64,000 nt of DNA from Chrysomallon squamiferum (GCA_012295275.1 CM022668.1:13206001-13270000); one strand, 5' to 3'. Numbered from the stretch's first letter, positions 38,567 to 53,550 are shown. The notes: generated from the letters alone by a model not told the origin. Numbers and translations: made by a program.

Positions 38567-39981
38567 TTTATTATTATTATTGTTATTACTAATATTATTT
38601 ATTTATTTATTTATTTAATATTTCTCTCGCTATTTACTGTTTTGTAACGTTTAAATATTTAACTGTGTGCGTGTGTATATATGTGTGTGTATATATATGT
38701 ATATATAATGTTTTTAAAACTAGGTATTTTATCAAGGTTTATAAATGCTTAACATTCTACTGATCTGGTGCCTTTAAATTTCGAAAATGTTTTGTTTAAA
38801 ATATTCATGAATGACCGCTTTTAAAAATAAAAGATATCAGTAATGAATTTTGTCTTGGAGATTTTAGAATTTGTAATTTTAAATTCGCTAATAAAAGACT
38901 AGTTTTGGAATATTTAAAATATTACTGCCTTTAAGTAAGAAAAAATACAAATCACATAACAACCTTATTTCGTCATCAGTGATTTATTTACGTCATAACG
39001 TAGATAATTAATTATCTTATATTTGAAAATAATTTTCATCTAAGATTTTTAAAACATAAATGTTGTGTTAAACCGGCATCAGTAAAATGTAAAAATCAAT
39101 CAGTTGAGAAAATTATTGATCTGTCACCATTAAAATAGAAGAAATCAGTTAGCAAGACGTCATCGTTGTTTGTATCTTCATTATGACGTCATGTAACTAA
39201 GTGAAATTGTGATCTATCTTAAAATAAGTTTATTAAAGACATTAAAAATATATATATATTGCAATGTTGTTTTTTTTTTTTTTTTTTTTTTACAATAATC
39301 GATCCAGTACCTTTAAAATGTAATCAATGAACAAAAACTGTTTCTCATCAATGAATCGTCTGTATCATAATAAAGATAAGTTTTCCGTTTGAATATTTTG
39401 TTTATCTTCCATGTATTAAGGTGTCAAGTGGCTATTTTATCAGTTATTCAACTTTTATTGTTTGTAATGATACTTTATTGTTACGATTATTGACATTTTA
39501 TTTTCTGTAGCATCTTTTTACTGCTTTTTATCATTTTGATTCGTGTTTACCTTTGTTAAGCGTTTTATATATTCACACACACTCGCACATAACTACTACT
39601 ACTATTACAACAACTACTACTACTACTAGTACTACTACTACTACTATTATTAATGTTATTGTTACTATTATTATTGTTATTGTTGTTGTCGTTGTCGTTA
39701 TTATTATTATTATCAGTATCGCTATTACTATTATTATTGTTGTTGTTGTTGTTTTGTTTTTGTTGTTGTTATTATTAGTATTATTATTATTAATAGCAGT
39801 AGAAGTAGCAGTGCTACTAGTAATAATAGTAATAGTAGGATATATAATAGAACTGTTTATAGCGTAAAATAATAGTAGTAGCAGTAGTAGCAATGACGTC
39901 TCACTATAATTTAATTTCTTCTTCCATCTAACTGTATCACTTTTTTTTAATAATAATCTTTTCCTTTTTTTTACTTGTTGT

Positions 39982-40089
<108 letters not shown>

Positions 40090-40640
40090 CTTCTTTTTTG
40101 TCCAAATCGGTCAGAATTATAATCTACTTTGCTAGTAAACCGGACCATAACGACAGACACAGAGAAGTATTTCGTTTGATTTTAATCTTTCTCGGGTCTG
40201 GCGCGCTACTGCGGCTATTTATCTACATAGAGATACAACACAGCCTTTTATTTACTGAGTCAGCAGTTAATTATCGGATTAAATTTCACAGGTTAATTAT
40301 CGGAGTATACACATGGGATTAACGCCAACATCGCGATGGGATTAGTCGCAGATTACGGTCTCGAGCTGTTTCTGAAATCTTTATCTCTCCGCGCCCGTAC
40401 GATGACAGCTCATTGACTTACGGGACGTTCCGAAGTTTGGCGTGCTGCCATCTGCCGGTGTGAAACGTTCGGTAACTCTCCCGCGGTGATTCGTGCGTGA
40501 ATGTCTGAATTTAACACGTACTTATGACGTAGATTTATGTTTTGTTTTGGTTCATTTAAGATGTTCGCACACGTATTAATGTAGATTAATGATAATGTTA
40601 TTAAAAACAAAAAAAATTAAAAATCTTTGACACGTTATTA

Positions 40641-40742
<102 letters not shown>

Positions 40743-41688
40743 CAAATGTATAAAAAAGTAATTTTATATAGCTATAATGTTTAATTGTAAGAGTTTAAAC
40801 TAAATCATATAATGTTTTGTAACCTTTAACGCTACTTCTTTATTACTTTAAACGTGAAAATTTACAGACACTTTTTTTTTTTTTTTTTTCTGGTTTACTG
40901 CTTCCAGAATCTATAACTGTCATTTGACCTAGTTTGACTGTTGTTAGCTTTGATTTCACGGAATAAAACAGATACTATAATTATTCTCTCGGGGCATTCT
41001 TGGCCAGGAAAACAAAGCAGGCAGATCGCGGAAATTGTAACGATTTTAGGTCACACGCGGAAACAGGTCTGTTTAATATATGCCACTGAAGATTATTTCT
41101 TTGTTTTAAAAACATAATCACATAAATTAAGTCTCTGAAATTACGTGTTCATGACGTTTCTTCCGGTTTCATCTTTTTAAAAAAAATATATATTAAAAAA
41201 AAAGAAGATAAAAGATGACGAAGAAAAGACTATTAAATTATGGCGAAGAGTAACTTGATTATTAGTGCGCATGCTCGGTCATGATATGTCCTTCTCATGA
41301 TTACTTTGTTATTTACAGGTTAGTTATTATCAATTATGTCATGTGTTTTCCTGTTCACGGGAAGGTATACACTAAAAGAATTAATATTTATTTTTGATTA
41401 CTGGAGGCCTAACGTATTATTATTATTATTATTGTTTGTTATTATTATTATTGTTATTGTTATTATTATGATATAGGAAGGATATTATTATCAGTTAGCT
41501 AAAACAATTTTCTAAAAGCGCCTTCCTCTGGATAGAAATGTATGTAATTATAAAACTATAGGAATAGTTTTGAAAAAGATCTATTTATATTATAATTTAT
41601 ATATAATTTATTATTATTGTTGATGTTGCCTTTATTATCATCATCATCATCATCATTATCATTATCATTATCATCATCATCATCATCA

Positions 41689-41734
<46 letters not shown>

Positions 41735-42383
41735 TTAGAAACAGACATAAAGACAGATATGATGAAATTGCTTAAGATTTCAAAAGTAGAATCGCAGATA
41801 AATAAACAACATTACACAGCATAAAAATCAATACGAATATAAGTAAAATCGAATTTGTTTTGTATTATATCTGTAATTCTGTAAATTATATTATGTAACA
41901 TAGTTTTATTTTTTTAAAATAGCATAAAATACATCTAAAAATTTCAACAATAAACATTATCTGATTGGTTAAAAGGTACAATCCAGTCCAGCCGACTTAC
42001 ACTTACATCCCTTCTGACTGGTTAATACTAGACACCAGTATTTCTGATTTATACTTAGGCTAATGCTGATTGGTCGACTTACTGTTACATGGCAGCTGAT
42101 TGGTTAATCCATGGCTGTAGGCTGTATTTTGGCACGTAGCTGACAGTAAGCCTTTATACATAACTCAATACTGTTTTAGCCTTGTGTGGTAACATTATCA
42201 AATTTAAGGCTTCAGGTATCTAGGTTCAAATCTCAGGGTAGATGTATCATTATTGGAAAAGATTTTTGAAAAAGATAAAAACCCGAATTACATAGATATA
42301 TGGACAGACAGATACAAATGCGTTCCCGTACTACATGTACATATGTTTTTTTTTTAATAACAGTATATATATATATATATATA

Positions 42384-42417
<34 letters not shown>

Positions 42418-43773
42418 TAGAAAACACAAGAAGAAATATAGAAAAAAAATAGTTTAAATAATTAAAAAAAAATATAATATAATATAATATAATATAATAT
42501 AATATAAATTTAGGACAGTTTTTCATATAGAAATAACCATCATCATCATCGTCATCATTCCCCCCCCCAAAAAAAAAAAATAACAAAGAACGAACAAAAA
42601 AAAACTGAAAAAAAGAAATAAAAATCTTAATAAAATAATACAAAAAAAGCAAAAACATTTTTTTTTTTTTAAAACTATTATTATTACTATCTACTATCAC
42701 TATTATTACTAGTACCACTACTATTACTACTGCTGCTCCTATAATACCAAGAACAGACACAGTAGTCTTTCAAGTTACAAATCATTGCAGTTAAATTGTG
42801 AAAATCAAATAAAATTCAGTATTATTTTCCTAGAAACCCCTAAAAACATCGACTACACCGACGTCGGCTACCACAGCACTCCCAGTTGCCATTCGCCACA
42901 TAACTGCATAAAGATTACTTGTATGCGAGTACGACATACTCGGAGATAACAAAGCTGATTGGTCCGATTTGTTGTGAGCGGGAATTATCGCGCGCCCGGT
43001 CTCGAAGATTAAATTCCCTTGTCACAGGAATTAGCCTCGGTTATCGAGACTCATTAAGTCATTATCGGTAAGCACAGAGTACCAGACACAGTGATTACGG
43101 ACATGTTGTGTTTATTTTCGAATGCCGAGAATGTTTCATATGTTAATATTCTTGTATTGGGTTTATGTATATTTGAGGATGCAACATATGTCTACTGTAA
43201 TGCTAGATACGCAGATATATTTCTCTCTGTGTGTATGTTTCTATATGTGTATTTGTATATTTGTGCATGTGTATGTTTGTGTGGATGTGTGCATATATGT
43301 GTGTGTGTATGTGTATGTGGATGTGGATGTGGATGTGTATTTGTGTACGTTTGCATGTATGTATGTATAATTATATATTTGGATGTATATAATATATAAA
43401 TGATCTATCTTTATGTCTATTTATCTGTCTATCTGTCTATCTACCTAACTACCTATCTGTCTGTCTCTCTGTCTGTCTGTTTATATCTGTAACTATATAA
43501 TTCAGGTAGCTAAAACCTACCAAAAAAAAAAAAAAAAAAAAAAAAAATTCATTATTATGTTTTCTCTTTCTGTTTCTCATCATATATCTCTTGCCTGTTT
43601 TTCTAAATATCTACTTATCTATATACGACACACAGTCCGGCACATATACTTACTGACACACGCGCACACACCCACAAACACATTCACACACAATACGTTC
43701 AGAAATGCAATTAACATATCTCCTCCGTTTTACTCCACGGCTAATTACGTTGCCCAGACTGTTGACCGTCCCC

Positions 43774-43786
43774 GTTGCTAGGCAAC
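43774..43786. promoter_or_regulatory. RFX X-box
   Basis: GTTGCTAGGCAAC in a CpG-rich island. Confidence 0.5.
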
Positions 43787-44143
43787 GCGTTATCGCGCGC
43801 GAATTTCGTCTCACAAAAATGTCCGTCTGCTTCTCGAGACGATGTCAAGAGTCCACGAACTTTCCCGAGAAATGTAAATAAACAAACGACAAATATTACA
43901 TACAAACCAAAAGTCGAATCCATTAAGGGAACATTAAAAATGTTTAAAAACTTTAACTTAAAAATTACCGAAAACGGCTGTTGTCGATAATGCGCCGAAT
44001 CCGTCTAATTCTGCAGATTAAAAAAAAAATATGAAAATGAAAAAGTCGAGGTAAATAATAGCCAGAAATGAAAAACTTATAAAGCATGCGTGATCGTGAA
44101 TATATATTTTTGATGGTCAAGTTTCAGATAATGATGTACGATC

Positions 44144-44184
<41 letters not shown>

Positions 44185-44355
44185 GAACGTAAATTGAATG
44201 TTTCAAAATTTAATATGATTTTGTTTATTTAATAAATACATAAATAAATGGTGAAGGCTGATTGCATACCATATGAGATGGACCATCGTTTCCATTCGTT
44301 TAAATATGGACAGACTGGTAAGAACTAGAGACATTTCTTTTTATTATTTATATAC

Positions 44356-44415
<60 letters not shown>

Positions 44416-44759
44416 TTGTGTTCGCATGTTTGCCTGTACGTACACTTGCTTACATACATCGGCATTCAGCAGGTATACAATTAGATAATTACTTACGTTC
44501 ATTTGCATGACTTGCATACAATGTGGTCAGACAAGTTTACAGACGGATGTAGAGACAGACTGACAGAAAAAGACAGACAGGAGCTGATTTCAACAAAGAC
44601 ACTCTGTATATCAGATATCAGTGATAATATTTACTGTGTTACGTTTGTAAAATTGCTGTCAACCGTACAGTGATGCAGTGCTTTATTTTACTTCTTTTGT
44701 CTGTCTCTCGTTTAGTGTGTTCCTGTTTTTACATCGTTGTCTTTTCTTTTTAGCTCTGA

Positions 44760-44790
<31 letters not shown>

Positions 44791-44847
44791 GTGAGCTCTT
44801 TGGTAATTTTTGTGCTTTTTAAAGTTGTTATCTTTGTATCTGTCTCC

Positions 44848-44936
<89 letters not shown>

Positions 44937-45109
44937 GTCTGTCTGTCTTTCTCTCTACACACAACAGTTCTAAAAGCAAATATATTTAATTATAATCTCT
45001 CTATCTCTCTATCTACTATTTACTATTCATTCTTTTATCTATCTTTTTATCTATCGAATTATCGTTCTATTCATCTATCTATACTTCTCTTTTTTTTATA
45101 TTTAAATAA

Positions 45110-45151
<42 letters not shown>

Positions 45152-45969
45152 GTGTATCTATTGATCCATCCTTCCACCCATATGTTTATCAATTTTTCTA
45201 TCCTCCCCATCCATATATCGTCAGTCTTTATATTTTGTATGTATCTTGTTAAACTAGCAATCTCGTGCAAAACTAGAAGCTCATTTGTAGACAGATACTA
45301 ACACTGTTGTATTTGAAAACACATCAAGCATCCTCGAGATCTCGATATTTCAAAGGGAACTGTATCATATTTTACATCGCAGGAAATGACACCGGAAATA
45401 CAGGAAACCAACCACTTCCGGTGTTGTAGAAACGCCACCAGATCAGATACAAAAAAAAAAAAAAAACGACGCGAAATGAAATCACGTTATTACTTGAAAA
45501 AAGCACAACATATCGGCTCTTTTAGCACGAGATGAAAAAATCACGTGATACTTAACGAACAGAAAGCAGTGAGTGACTCTGTGTGAGGAGTTAAGCAATC
45601 TGCAAAAAAAAAAAAAAAAAAAAACGCAGATCGTTACTATCACTCTCCCGGTGTGATGGCTCCTTAAGAAAAGCTTTATTTTTATCAACGTTCCTTTATG
45701 TTTAATCGTAAACTAACGACGGCTTTGCTGGAGTTCTGGTTGTAAGGGACTTGCTAATGGCGGTAAATGAGAAATTAATGATACGTGTACAGAGCTCGGT
45801 GGAAAAAATGCTAAGATTGTGTCAGTTACAGTAAATTTACATGAGACGAAAATCTCTATTCCTGTGCGGAAAAGATTTTAGTCTCAAGTGATATGGCAAT
45901 AATAATTATAACAGTATTAATAAATTAAACAACAAAAAATGGTTATTTATAACAGCCGAAGTTTTTTTT

Positions 45970-46030
<61 letters not shown>

Positions 46031-46907
46031 TCGAATTAAGACTGTGCTACTTTAGATTTTATTAAAAACAGTTTGCGTATAGAGTTTGTATAATATATTT
46101 CAGTAATATTGGAATAGTTTTGTATTATTTTAGTTTTTCGTAACCTAAGAGTTCGTAACACTAGATTTTTTTGTAACATTGTAACACTATAATATCTAAA
46201 CGTTACACCTCGTAATTTTCGAATCCGTAACATCAGATTTCGTTACAATACACTTTCGTAATCATTTTGAAATATTACATTTGTCGTGACGTTAATTTTT
46301 CGTAATTGCAGAGTTCGTTTCTCTGGTTTTCGTAGCAGAATATATTTTCGTAATAAAACACGTATCTGTCTATCTCTTCCCAGCCATATAAAAAAAAAAA
46401 AAAAAAAACCCGCGATCCTAAAATTCTCAAATAAGCAATAGGAACGTGTCAATACCGGGACGCGATCTCTGGCACATAAAACTTTTACGTTTTATGAGTT
46501 AACATGAGCGCCATTGAAGTTTGCACCCGAGCCGAAACGGTGAAACGAAACGCAATTAAATGTTTTAAGGTTTTTTTTTTTGATTAAATCGGATTCCGTG
46601 CACTGTTCTGGTGGTCTGCGTGGCTGGCGAAAGAAATAAATTACATTATAAATTAACAGATAGACTTTCGGGACGACTCAGTGAGGTGAAATGCTTTGTA
46701 TCGCTTGGTCATCAAATCACACGTTAAAGTATCTGTTTCCGTGCTGCAGCAATTCTCGAAAAGAACGAGTTCACGCAGGCGCCTAACTTGACAGCGTTAG
46801 ATCATATGAAGGCAGATAGGTTACCGAATCTTCAGCTAATTAAAAATATTCCTCTTATTGTTGGTTTATTATCCAGAAGGTATTTCTCTTCTTTTTTTTT
46901 TTTTTTT

Positions 46908-46939
<32 letters not shown>

Positions 46940-47810
46940 TAAATTCTTTTCTTTCTTATTGGAGAAAAGAATATCGAAGGATTTTAATGCGAGTGTTTTG
47001 AGCAGAAATAGCAGCGGACTTTCTTTCTTCTTTTCGGTTTTTAAATTTTAAATTTTTTTCTTGATTTTTTTTTCTAATCACTTTCTTTTTTTCTCTCTCT
47101 TTCTTTTTTTTTTTTTTATTTATTGTTTTTTTTTCTTTAATTATTTCTTTTTTTTTTTTCTTATTCTTTTTCTCTTTTTTTTATGTTCTTATTCTCTTTT
47201 CTCTTTTTTTTTTTTTTTTTTATTATTCCTTTATATTTAATTCTTGTATTTTCAGTTTTCATTTAATTTGTGTGTGTGTGTGTATGAGTGTGTGTGTGTG
47301 GGGGGGGCTGTTCTTTTATTTTGTTCTTGACCTTTTTCTTTCTATTTATCTATCTATCTACACACCCACCCACACGCACACACACACAAACACAGTATCT
47401 TGCTAGCTGTCTCTGTCTATTTACATTTTTTTTTTTTTTTTTTTATTAAATACACTTCTTTTTCTTTTTTTAATTTCTACTTCTTCTTCTTTCTTTTTTT
47501 AAGCTAAATACAGTTCAAATCTTTTATTAATATATTCTGTTTTGCCGCCAAAACATAGCCGTTGTGCAGACGTGTAATTTACTGGGAGATAGGGGTGGTT
47601 ACGATTACTTGTTAATGCAATTTCAAATTCTGACGTATTATTTTTCATTCAAATAAATGTTTTATTGGTATACTAGAATAAGAATTGTCTTCAGTGTATT
47701 TTTTTTAGATTACGAATATTTTATTAAAATAACAAAAAGACAACAGCAAAAAAATAAATAAATAAATAAACAGCTAGACAGACAAAAATGTCTTCTTATT
47801 AACATTCTGA

Positions 47811-47846
<36 letters not shown>

Positions 47847-48766
47847 GTATATGTATGTATGTGTGTGTGTGTGTGTGCGCGTGCACATAAAGACTATGTT
47901 ACATTAAAAAAATGTAAGTTAAAATTATAAATAACATCGCTTATGGAGTTAAAAGATTAAACATTAATTAAGTTAATTAAACATACAAAAATAGAATATA
48001 TAACGATGATGATGATGATAATAATAATAATAATAGTTACAAAGTGTATACTTATGTATCTTCTTTAGTAGAAAAACAGAGATCAGGAATTAAATAATGT
48101 TTTTAAATCTGAATTTTCTTTTTCCTTTTTTTTTTCTTTTTCTTACTATTTTTCTTTTTCTTCTTCTGTTTTTTTTTTTTTTTTTTTTCCCTCCCTTCCT
48201 AATTATTTGATTATTCTCGTCTTACGCGAGCTAAACAAGCGAGCTGAAATAATTAACATAATTTATTCATGGAAAGTTGTTTTTTATTTTTTTTTTATTA
48301 TTGTTTATATATATCTTGTGTCGCCAACATACGACCTAATCTCGTGTCTTTTCCAGACATGACAAATTTAATCGTACAGTCAGTTTGAAGATATTTCTTA
48401 ATGTTCTTGTCTGCAGACCTGTCAAAACAGACCACTCTGTATTAGTTTCCTAGTATAAACCAACCCACACTTGACGTCTGCACGCAAACAGAACTCCCAG
48501 ACAATAACAGTTGTGGCGGGAAGTCTTTTTAAAGACGAATGTGGTTATTTATTTGTTTGTTCACTTCTTTCTTTCGTTTTCTCTCTTGCATTTGTTTGTT
48601 TGTTTGTTTGTTTGTTTTTTTTTTTTTGCTATTTATTTATTTATTTATTTTTGAATACCTTTCTTAAATTATCTTCCCGCGTCTGAAACCGTTTGTTTGT
48701 TCTGTCTGTTTGTCTCTGCTGTCATAAACGCTAATATGTTATATATGACGTCATTACTACACGATA

Positions 48767-48818
<52 letters not shown>

Positions 48819-48956
48819 GTAATAATAATAATAATATATTAAAGTATCCGAATGTTTTTTCACTTATCGTATTTTGTTATGAACAAAGAGTAAACATTAA
48901 GATGTATCCAAAACGCAGTTAGCCAAATGTTTTTATTTTATTTTATTTTATTTATT

Positions 48957-49027
<71 letters not shown>

Positions 49028-49048
49028 TATTATTATTATTATTATTTG

Positions 49049-49084
<36 letters not shown>

Positions 49085-49254
49085 CAATTTTATAAAATAA
49101 GCAGTTGGAACTTTTTTTTTTCTTCTTCTTCTTCTTCTTTCTTCCACGTTTTTCTTGAAACATATTTTTGCATACACCATGAGCCAAGAAAGAAATAACA
49201 TAGAACCAGTAAATGGTATAAACAAATTCTTTATATTCCAAAATTATTATTTTA

Positions 49255-49480
49255 CTGTTTGGGCGACCCATCACCATTCATATGAAAGGATAAACAATAC
49301 AATAACTCTGCCATAAACATTAGAAACGCCGCCATTTTGTCTCTTCACATCTGGAGTTGTGACGTCATCGCATACCAGGCGAACTGATAGCTGTTTTTTT
49401 TTGTTTTTTTGTAACAATAGCTGAAGAAGTTTCGGAGCAAATACGCGATGACGTAATAACTATTAAAATATGGCGATTAG
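49255..49480. promoter_or_regulatory. CpG-rich element with YY1 and CRE motifs
   Basis: CGCCGCCATTTTG (49327-49339), TGACGTCA (49360-49367), plus ATGACGTAA and AATATGGCG nearby. Confidence 0.4.
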
Positions 49481-49715
49481 ATATTGCTAAAAGTGTACAG
49501 TTTTGGTGTTATATTTCTTTTATTAATTAAGAATCCACGGCAAAATACAAATAAAATATAACGTGAAAATAGGCAAAATGCATATAAAATTTCTTGGTTT
49601 CAACAGAGGTGCATATAAAAAGGGATTTTGAAATGTTTATTTTTACAGTCCAAACAATTATGTAAATGTTGTTAATTTAATTTAATTTAATTTAGTTTAA
49701 TTATTTGTTTTTTTT

Positions 49716-49791
<76 letters not shown>

Positions 49792-50310
49792 AGTTGTTAT
49801 TATGAGTACTGCTAGTAGTAATAATTGTAGCTGTAGTAGTAGTTGTAGTAGTAGTAGTAGTAGTACTAGTAGTAGTAGTAGTCTGTCTATCTCTTACTGT
49901 TACACGGCAGTTAGAGCTAGCACTTTTTCTACCAGTGAAACAGACAGGTTTGAGTTTAACCCCACCCCCAGCAAACCAACCCAGGATTGGGCCTGATTAC
50001 GTAAACACGTATGTCGTCTGGAGGGACGGAGAGTTGCACGAGTTGAAGGTACATCACGGAAACACGAGGGACGTGTCTAAAGCGGATTATATTGTCTAGC
50101 GGATTGACACTACTGTATGTTGTAATGTATGACGTTATTAACTTGACTTGCGATGCGGCTTTCTGAAGAAGAAGAAGAAGAAAAAAAAAAAAGAGCAGTT
50201 GTTTGGTTTTATAATGCATGGTCATTTAAATTCAGTCAAGTTTAGTTTTAAATACCGCAGACAACGGGAGAATGAATTGAAAAATAAATTTGTACTATTT
50301 CTAGTGTACT

Positions 50311-50760
50311 TAACTACTACTACTACTACTACTACTACTACTGTTTCTGTTACTAATACTATTACTACTACAACTGTTGCTGCTACTGGTATTGCTACTA
50401 GAACTGCTAAGACAACCACTACAACTACTGATATTACTACTATTACTACCGCCATCAGTGCTACTACTACTACTGATACTACTGCTACTACCACTTCTAC
50501 TACTACTACTCATACTACTACTACTGCTGTTACTACTTATGCTATTACTACTACTTCTACTACTACTGCTATTACTACTACTGTTACTACTTCTGTTATT
50601 ACTACTACTGCTACTACTACTGCTATTACTACTACTGCTACTACAACTACTCTTCTGCCACTATTTCTGCTACCGCTACAACTCTACTACAACTCTACTA
50701 CTACTACAGTTACTACTGCTACTACTACTACTACTGTTACTACTACTACTGCTGCTACAA
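50311..50760 (+). repeat. (ACT)n-derived degenerate microsatellite
   Basis: Long run of ACT/GCT/ATT triplets that produces the poly-Thr and poly-Leu pseudo-ORFs. Confidence 0.9.
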
Positions 50761-50996
50761 GTTACTTATATGAATATTCATCACATATTCGGTTAGGATT
50801 ACTCCATTTTGATGTACTTTCATAAATAGTCCCGTTGTACCAACATGCTAATTAAAATAAAATAATTAAACAAACAAATAAAATAAATTATATGAATAAA
50901 TAAAACAGTTACATGAATTAATTAAATAATCTTTAATTTATAAACATCTAACTTGAACAAGCACTGAACACAGCGGACATTTAAAAAAAAAATAAA

Positions 50997-51033
<37 letters not shown>

Positions 51034-51849
51034 TATATATATTATTACTATTATTACTACTAAAACCATAATGTACAGGTTTCTGCACCAATCCATTTGC
51101 TAAAATTGTTATTATGTCTTTTCAGCTAATTTGAGTTAATTTATTGTTGTAGTAGCAGTTGCAGCAGTAGTAGTAGTGGAAGTGGTGGTAGTACAAATAG
51201 TATTGTTATTAATAATAGAGAAGTTGTCGTAGATATAGTAATAGTCGACGTCATCGTTGTGGTATTTGTAGTTAGCAGTAAAAAAAACGGATAAGAAAAT
51301 TATATAAATTCCATACTGCTAGTAGTAGTCACAGTAGTAGTAACAGTAGTAGTACTAGTAGCTGTAGCTGTTGTTGTAGTAGTATCGTAGTAATAGTAAA
51401 AATAGTAACAGTAGTAGTAGTTGTGGTTGTAGCAGTTGTTGTAGTACTATCGTAGCACTAGTATAGGTTGTAACAGCAATATTTGTTCGTTACGTTTTGC
51501 TTTGCATTAAATAAATAAATAAATAAAACAATAAATACATTAAATAAATAGATAAATAAATAATCATAATCATGTTTTAAAAAGATATCCAGAACAATGA
51601 TGATGATGATAATGATGATTAATGATGATAGTAATAATAAAATGGTTGTTGTTTATATTGTTATTAGTTACGTCTTTATTTCGTTTTCTTTTTTCTTTCT
51701 TTCTTTTTCACTTTTATTTTTATTTTTAAAATAAATATAGCTATTTATTTTTATTCTTTCGACCAAAACAGATATTGTTATTTATTTATTTTCATCTGTT
51801 TGTTTTTTTTTTTTTTTTTTCTCTCACTAAGTGTTTATTTATTTTCACC

Positions 51850-53377
51850 GCTTGCTGTCTTCATTTATTTTCCCAGGACATAAGCGGCAAGTTCTTCTAA
51901 ACTCGTGTCCAGTCATTTAACAATTCTGTCCTTTATTTATTCGCCTACAAGAAAGGACTTGTCCGTTTACCGAGAGCCAAATTCCTCATCTCCAATCTGA
52001 ACCTGAACGAACTGCACTGTCATCTCCGCGTTTTATAGTCACCCATCAAAAAAAATAAACAGAAATAACAGTCTCTTAAAGGGCCGACGCGGCAATTTGA
52101 CTGTTCGTTTGACGGTGACGTGTTTAACCGCCAGAGCTCTGCTGTAGAGATAGATATATATATATATATCGCGCGTATCGTTTGGCTCACGAAACGACAG
52201 ACGGCTAAGGGATAATAAGCATGCGAGCGTAGACTGCTTTAACGCTTAAGAGAGGTTTATTGATAGAAGCGGAGAAGAGCTCTCATAAGGGTAGCCACCC
52301 GAAATGAGCAGCAAGTGGATCGCGCGACTGTCATTGGATTTGAAGACGAGGGAAAAAGAAGAAGGCGGAAAAAAAAGAAGAAGAGAAGAGAAGAGAAAAA
52401 GGATCGTTGTTGATGGTTTGGATGGCTCTGTTGTGATTTTCAAATAGGATTATCAACCCTTTCGATTTCTCCTCTTTTTTTTTCTTTTTATCTGAAAAAA
52501 AAACAAACAAACAAACAAACAACGAGATCAGTGCATTTAATGACAATAATCATTTAATGGTTTGTAACTGGCCAGCATAATCCAAGAAACAGCCAATCAC
52601 CACAGCGACTTTCTTTGGGTACGTTTTTACCTCCGTCGTTAAAAAACAACAACAACAACAAACCCACACAGCTTAATCCCGATTAGGGATTACCGTCTGA
52701 TTGGATTATCGCCGCCAACATTAAGGAAGATTATCTTAACTCGACGTCAAGATGATCGCATTGTCCCGCTGTTCCTGGCGCGGATCAGGGGAACGAGAAA
52801 CAAAGAGATAATAAGCAAAATGGGAAACGATAAACAATAGAAAGGCTCGCGCTCTTTTGACAATACAGAAGCACGCGACAGAGTGACATCGGCAACTCGA
52901 CCCCGCCCGACCTAATAGTACTACGATGCAGACGTACTAAGCCAGTATGTCTGCCTCTTGTTAGGTCTGTGATACTGTGTTCTTTTTTTTCTCCACCGAA
53001 TGAAACGTCACCAAACGAAACCAACTTTCAGCAGACGAAAAGAACAAATGCTTATTTTTCGACGTCTGCTCGAGCTGGGTTTTTTTCTTTTTGCCTGTGT
53101 CTGTTTCACTGGGTACAGACGACTAGGAGACAAAACCGCCTGGGAGTAGATTCTTTTTTTCAAATCTCTTTTAATCGGATAAATCTCTTTTGTGATTCTG
53201 ACGACGTCATTGCGAATTGTTTGTTTGTTTGTTGTTGTTTTTTTTTGGTTTAATAAACTGTGGTTGTTGTTGCTCGTCGGTTATTTCGTTTTTGATCGTC
53301 GAGAAGAAAAGAAGGATTTTTGGGGGTTTTTTCGAAGAAGAAGAAGAAAAAAATATATAATTATCTTAGGTTGTAAT
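51850..53377 (+). promoter_or_regulatory. BMPER promoter / 5' UTR CpG-rich region
   Basis: High CpG density; CCAAT boxes (AGCCAATCA 52591-52599, CTGATTGG 52697-52704); five TAATCC/GGATTA sites; immediately upstream of the BMPER ATG. Confidence 0.6.
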
Positions 53378-53492
53378 ATGTTTTCTATGGATTTACCAGA
53401 TCTTTTTGACAACAGGAGATTTTACAAACGTTTGTTTTTATTTGTTATCGTCATGATGTCGATTTTCCAACCCAGCAACACACAGTTAGCAG
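53378..53492 (+). CDS. BMPER: BMPER / crossveinless-2 coding exon 1 (signal peptide)
   Basis: MFSMDLPDLFDNRRFYKRLFLFVIVMMSIFQPSNTQLA: basic stretch then hydrophobic core; donor G|GTATGT is phase 1, matching the next exon; lies just downstream of a CpG-rich promoter-like region. The start could instead be the ATG at 53387. Confidence 0.75.
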
Positions 53493-53550
53493 GTATGTTG
53501 TATTTATTATTATTTGTTGTTTTAAAATACAAAGTCTTAATTCATTTTAA

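Noticed and set aside
50148-50825. 225-aa Thr-rich, mucin-like ORF
   Set aside because: It is the translation of an (ACT)n microsatellite, with no ATG-led signal peptide or splice support
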